Under the pieces are notes generated by a model. It saw nothing but the letters and a program-made list of their open reading frames with translations. It was not told the origin of the DNA and searched no databases. The position numbers and the translations under genes were made by a program. From an uncultured archaeon (GTDB lineage Archaea; Iainarchaeota; Iainarchaeia; Iainarchaeales; CSSED10-239), in contig CAYXAY010000013.1 of the NCBI GenBank assembly GCA_964463155.1, positions 1 through 19,460 on the forward strand: a stretch of 19,460 nt of DNA, written 5' to 3'. Position 1 is the first letter of the stretch. Each line of letters starts with the position of its first letter. Below are positions 16,131 to 19,460 of the stretch, piece by piece.

Positions 16131-16529
16131 ATGTACGAAAAAGAAAAGCAGAAACTTAAAACACTAATTGATGATTTTAGATTCAATTATCAAAAATATA
16201 AGTCCTATTCTGAAGCAGATATTGAGACTAAGATTGTTGAAGATAGCTTAAAGTGATTTGTTGTGGGAGTAAATATTTTTAGTTTAGTTATAGAAAAAAT
16301 AGAACTACACATTCACGATTGGCAAAAAGGACGAATTTTAAACCAAATTGAAAAACTTGATAACTTAATTAGACATTATCAAATTACAATTAATTCTCCT
16401 AAATTCACAAATAATTCTATTGGAGTTAATTCTTCCGAATCAATTAAATTTATGGAGAATAATTTAAATGATAAATTAAAAGAAAAAGAATATTTAATGA
16501 AACAATTAGAGTTAATTTCTAGAAAATAA
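16131..16529 (+). pseudogene. Remnant of a restriction-modification-type gene (N-terminal region of a type IIG/type I-like methylase or restriction enzyme), with an in-frame TGA at 16254-16256
   Basis: An unlisted 41-codon ORF at 16131..16256 reads MYEKEKQKLKTLIDDFRFNYQKYKSYSEADIETKIVEDSLK-stop. It resembles the N-termini of RM enzymes, which show the pattern F..N...YKS..Y.EA......I.....K. It is in the same frame as the listed GTG-initiated ORF 16263..16529, separated only by TGA-TTT-GTT. Confidence 0.35.
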
Positions 16530-16536
16530 GAAAATT

Positions 16537-18093
16537 ATGTCAGATTTTGTAGAACATCCGTTTGTTAAGAAAGAAACAATTCAAAAAAGGCTTTACCAGG
16601 AGCTTTTGACAGCTGAAGCAATCAAGCAAAGCACACTCGTGGTTGCCCCAACCGGTCTTGGTAAGACAATCGTTGCTGTGCTTTTGATTGCTTACATATA
16701 TAATCCAAAGAAATCAATAATCTTGTTGTCTCCAACAAAGCCATTAATTGCTCAGCACAAGAAAAGTATTCTAAAGTTCTTAGAGATTCCAGAAGACAAA
16801 GTTATTCTCTTGACTGGAGAAATCCTCCAAGAGAAAAGAAAAGCCTTTTATGAGGGGCAAGGTCTAGTGATATGTGCAACCCCTCAAACCATTCAGCATG
16901 ACCTAGAAAAAAAACTATTAAATCCAAAAAACTTTAATCTTGTTATCTTTGATGAAGCACACAGAGCAGTCGGCAGTTACTCTTATACTTTTATTTCTCA
17001 ATATTTTTCTGAAGACACCAAGAGACTTGGTTTAACTGCATCTCCTGGGGCATCAAAAGCAAAGATTCAAGAGGTTGCTGATAATCTTGGAATACCTCAT
17101 GTAGAGATAAGAACTGAAAAAGATATAGATGTTAAAGATTATGTTAATGATATGGAGGTTGATATAAAGTTTTTAGAGCTTGATGTTCTTTCAAAGGAGA
17201 TTTCAAAAACAATAGACAACTACATTCAAAACAAAATTATTCTTCTTAGAAAGCTTGGAGCACCAATACCAAGCAACTACACAAAGAAGCAGATTATTGC
17301 TATTCAAGCTTCGTTGTTTGAAAGAGTCAAGAGAGTAAAAAACAATACCTGCTTTATTGCAATCTCAACAATTGCTTCTGTTCTGAAATTTCTTCATGCT
17401 AAAGAACTAATAGAAACTCAAGGCTTTTTTCCAACAAAAACCTATCTTCTAAAATTAAAATCAGAAAGTCAAGAGAATAAATCAAAAGCGCTTACCGCAA
17501 TTATTAATTCTTCAGAGTTTGTAGAAGTTCTAAAACTTCTAGAGAAAGCAAAAACCAAAAGATGTGCAAAGGAAATTGTGCTAATTGATATTGTTTCAAC
17601 TTTTATGAAAGAAAACCCAAAGTCAAGAATTCTTGTTTTTAACAACTACAGGGATAATGCCAATCACTTAGTGGAAGTATTAAATGCAGAAAAAAACATA
17701 AAAAGCACACGATTTGTTGGACAAGCTAGCAAAAGTATTTCTGATAAAGGATTATCACAAAAAGACCAAGCAAAGATTATTTCTGATTTCAAGGATGGGA
17801 AATACAATATTCTAGTCTGTACTTCTGTTGGCGAAGAGGGCCTTGACATTCCGTCTGTTGATCTAGTGGTTTTCTATGATGCCGTTGCATCTGAAATAAG
17901 ACACATTCAGAGGCGTGGCAGAACAGGACGGTTTAATTTTGGCAAAGTCATCTTGCTTCTTAACAAGAACACAATCGATGAAAAATATTATTTTGTTTCT
18001 CAAAACAAGGAAAAGAAAATGAAATCAATTCTAAAGAATTTCCACAAACCAGAGAGAAAGAGAAAAGAACAAAAAAAGATTTGTGATTATTAG
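16537..18093 (+). CDS. hef: Hef-type SF2 helicase (Hef/FANCM/XPF-family helicase domain only)
   Basis: RLYQELL...VVAPTGLGKT (Walker A), FDEAHRAVG (DEAH at 16951-16962), LGLTASPG, a helical insertion between the RecA lobes, VCTSVGEEGLDIPSVDLVVFYD and QRRGRTGR. The ORF stops after a short basic linker and contains no nuclease domain. Confidence 0.85.
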   Translation: MSDFVEHPFVKKETIQKRLYQELLTAEAIKQSTLVVAPTGLGKTIVAVLLIAYIYNPKKSIILLSPTKPLIAQHKKSILKFLEIPEDKVILLTGEILQEKRKAFYEGQGLVICATPQTIQHDLEKKLLNPKNFNLVIFDEAHRAVGSYSYTFISQYFSEDTKRLGLTASPGASKAKIQEVADNLGIPHVEIRTEKDIDVKDYVNDMEVDIKFLELDVLSKEISKTIDNYIQNKIILLRKLGAPIPSNYTKKQIIAIQASLFERVKRVKNNTCFIAISTIASVLKFLHAKELIETQGFFPTKTYLLKLKSESQENKSKALTAIINSSEFVEVLKLLEKAKTKRCAKEIVLIDIVSTFMKENPKSRILVFNNYRDNANHLVEVLNAEKNIKSTRFVGQASKSISDKGLSQKDQAKIISDFKDGKYNILVCTSVGEEGLDIPSVDLVVFYDAVASEIRHIQRRGRTGRFNFGKVILLLNKNTIDEKYYFVSQNKEKKMKSILKNFHKPERKRKEQKKICDY

Positions 18094-18117
18094 ATCCATT
18101 TATAAGCTCAACTTATC

Positions 18118-18140
18118 TTAAGTTATTTAGAATAAATTAA
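18118..18140. promoter_or_regulatory. Imperfect inverted repeat upstream of the TA cassette (candidate operator or promoter)
   Basis: TTAAGTTATT-tag-AATAAATTAA has 10-nt arms with 1 mismatch. A second small palindrome, ATAAG-ctcaa-CTTAT, lies at 18102-18116. AAGGTGG (SD) follows at 18144-18150. Chance palindromes are common in AT-rich DNA. Confidence 0.25.
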
Positions 18141-18154
18141 AATAAGGTGGCATA

Positions 18155-18424
18155 ATGTTAGAGAAAACAGTAAATGTTAATCTCAAGATATCTGATTATT
18201 CAAATAGAGTGCTAGGCGTAGTTAAAGAAAAATATGGTTACAAAGACAAGTCTCAAGCTCTTGATAAATTGATGAATATGTATGGAGAAGAGTTCGTTGA
18301 AAAAGAAGTTAGAGATGATGTTGTTTTAGAAGTTATAGCAGAAGTAGAAAAAATGAAAAAGCAAAAATTAAAACCAATGTCTATAAAAAAATTAGATGAA
18401 TTGTGCGGTATTTCCAAAAAATAA
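18155..18424 (+). CDS. Type II antitoxin, ribbon-helix-helix / DUF2683-like
   Basis: VNVNLKISDYSNRVLGVVKEKYGYKDKSQALDKLMNMY follows the strand-helix-helix pattern and resembles archaeal DUF2683 proteins. Its stop directly abuts the toxin ORF. Confidence 0.6.
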   Translation: MLEKTVNVNLKISDYSNRVLGVVKEKYGYKDKSQALDKLMNMYGEEFVEKEVRDDVVLEVIAEVEKMKKQKLKPMSIKKLDELCGISKK

Positions 18425-18715
18425 GTGACAAATATGTCCTTTGAATTTAATTTATCCCAACAAGTTATAGACCTAATGACACAATTACAATCTAAAGATA
18501 AGCAATTACTTTTGGAGTTAAATAAAAAAATAAAGCAAATAATTGATTGTGATGAATATACGATTAATCACTATAAAAACATAAGATATAATCTTTCTGA
18601 TTACAAATGTGTGCATATTGGTAAATCGTTTGTTTTACTATCTTCTGTAGATATACAAAATAACAAAATTTATTTTGTAAAGTTTAATCACCATGACAAA
18701 ATATATCCACGATAA
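18425..18715 (+). CDS. RelE/ParE-superfamily toxin (mRNA-interferase-like)
   Basis: FEFNLSQQVIDLMTQL...KKIKQII...HYKNIRYNLSDYKCVHIGKSFVLLSSVDIQNNKIYFVKFNHHDKIY matches the RelE-fold sequence pattern. The start is either GTG at 18425 or ATG at 18434. Confidence 0.65.
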   Translation: MTNMSFEFNLSQQVIDLMTQLQSKDKQLLLELNKKIKQIIDCDEYTINHYKNIRYNLSDYKCVHIGKSFVLLSSVDIQNNKIYFVKFNHHDKIYPR

Positions 18716-18718
18716 ATT

Positions 18719-19390
18719 ATGCCTCAAAAAATTAAGATTGTTTGTGATACTCGCGAAAGAGTAAGCCACATCACCAAGGAGCTTTTATCTTTAAGCAATG
18801 ATTCTTTTGAGGTAGAAGTTATTGTTGAGCAGTTGTCTCTTGGTGACTATCAGCTAAGTAATGATGTCTTGATTGAGAGAAAAACCATGGCAGATTTAGA
18901 ATCATCAATCATCGATGGGCGAATCTTCTCTCAGCTTGATAACCTTTCAGAGAAGGTGTCAAAACCAGGTCTGATTGTTGAAGGAATGATCAATCATTCA
19001 GACAATGATAACCGAATTAACAATAAGTCTCTAATTGGCTTAATAACTTCAATAGGCCTTAACTACAGAATCCCAATCTTTTTTACTAGAAATCAAAAAG
19101 AAACAGCGTTGTTTCTTTATGTGATTGCTAAAAGAGAGCAGTATGGTATCAAAGGAACAGAACGAAAGCACAGGTTTAGCAAGAACAAGATGTCTTTTTC
19201 TGATCAGCAGCTTTTTATCTTAGAGTCTTTTCCAGACATTGGTCCGACTCTTGCAAAAGCCCTTTTAAAAAAGTTTAAAACCATTAAAACCATTTCTCAA
19301 GCAACAGTTAAGGAGCTTCAAGAAGTAGAGAAGATGGGCCCAAAAAAAGCAGAGAAGATGTCTTATCTTTTCTCAAGGGTGTTTGATTAG
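18719..19390 (+). CDS. XPF/Hef-type ERCC4 nuclease domain with a C-terminal (HhH)2, encoded as a stand-alone ORF
   Basis: IVCDTRE, GDYQLSNDVLIERKTMADL (ERK at 18875-18883) and IIDGRIFSQL are present. The C-terminal region FPDIGPTLAKALLKKF...ELQEVEKMGPKKAEKM forms two helix-hairpin-helix motifs. The start lies 3 nt after the toxin stop. Confidence 0.85.
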   Translation: MPQKIKIVCDTRERVSHITKELLSLSNDSFEVEVIVEQLSLGDYQLSNDVLIERKTMADLESSIIDGRIFSQLDNLSEKVSKPGLIVEGMINHSDNDNRINNKSLIGLITSIGLNYRIPIFFTRNQKETALFLYVIAKREQYGIKGTERKHRFSKNKMSFSDQQLFILESFPDIGPTLAKALLKKFKTIKTISQATVKELQEVEKMGPKKAEKMSYLFSRVFD

Positions 19391-19460
19391 CCTTTGTTTA
19401 ATTTTTCTAAAATCAAAAGAAGCTTTTATTTTTCTTCTGCAGTCTTTTTATGTTTTTCAA

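Noticed and set aside
5507-16256. Possibility that the in-frame TAA (5507-5509) and TGA (16254-16256) reflect an alternative genetic code.
   Set aside because: TAA, TAG and TGA all terminate well-conserved genes here at the expected protein ends. For example, rpl1 ends with TGA at 13848-13850, pheT with TAG, and rpl12 with TAA. Reassignment is therefore very unlikely. Pseudogenisation or a sequence error is the simpler explanation.
682-17849. Listed ORFs lying antisense to, or out of frame within, well-supported genes: 682..903, 1529..2074, 3200..3436, 3935..4282, 4658..4888, 5873..6160, 6695..6970, 6972..7184, 9084..9275, 9440..9724, 10927..11241, 11304..11489, 11680..11889, 13352..13789, 13852..14049, 14074..14463, 14515..14778 and 17664..17849.
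   Set aside because: Each is fully or largely embedded in a gene with clear family motifs (MBL, pheS, pheT, eif5a, eno, rpl1, rplP0, hef and others). Their translations are low-complexity, with Leu/Phe/Ser/Ile-rich shadow-frame composition and no recognisable motifs.
1-19460. CRISPR arrays, long tandem repeats, rRNA genes, and C/D-box sRNAs in the intergenic gaps.
   Set aside because: I saw no regularly spaced direct repeats. There is no extended GC-rich structured region of rRNA, RNase P or SRP size. Every TGATGA (C-box-like) occurrence I noticed lies inside a coding region rather than in a spacer. This was an eye scan only, and a covariance-model scan would be the definitive test.
19413-19460. 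Possible 3' end of a convergent minus-strand gene at the right window edge (for example ...LKNIKRLQKKNKSFF-stop, ending at 19413).
   Set aside because: Only about 16 codons are visible, and two minus-strand frames are open over this short AT-rich stretch. There is too little sequence to support a call.

Overview
This is an AT-rich archaeal chromosomal segment. Hand counts on single 60-nt lines give roughly 20-50% GC, mostly near 30-38%. The archaeal assignment rests on the gene content: two-subunit archaeal PheRS, aIF5A with the hypusine-site GKHG motif, an Sm-like protein, archaeal-type MinD, the L1-P0-P1 stalk operon, and Hef helicase and nuclease. Small proteins, many SD-like AGGTG leaders and low GC suggest a small-genome DPANN-type archaeon, but that is inference only.

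Most of the window is housekeeping: pheS, pheT, eif5a, eno, rpl1, rplP0 and rpl12. The accessory or unusual parts are:
- An IS4/IS5-type transposase tail at the 5' edge.
- Two reading frames interrupted by single in-frame stops: a zinc-PLC-like hydrolase and an RM/methylase-like N-terminal remnant.
- A very AT-rich insertion carrying a YhcG/DUF1016 PD-(D/E)XK nuclease between the ribosomal stalk operon and hef.
- A Hef repair enzyme encoded as separate helicase and XPF-like nuclease ORFs, with a RelE-type toxin-antitoxin cassette sitting exactly between them.
- A co-directional PATAN-like / Roadblock-like / MinD ATPase gene triplet.

I found no rRNA, tRNA or CRISPR array. All family calls come from motif recognition by eye. 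No searches were run.
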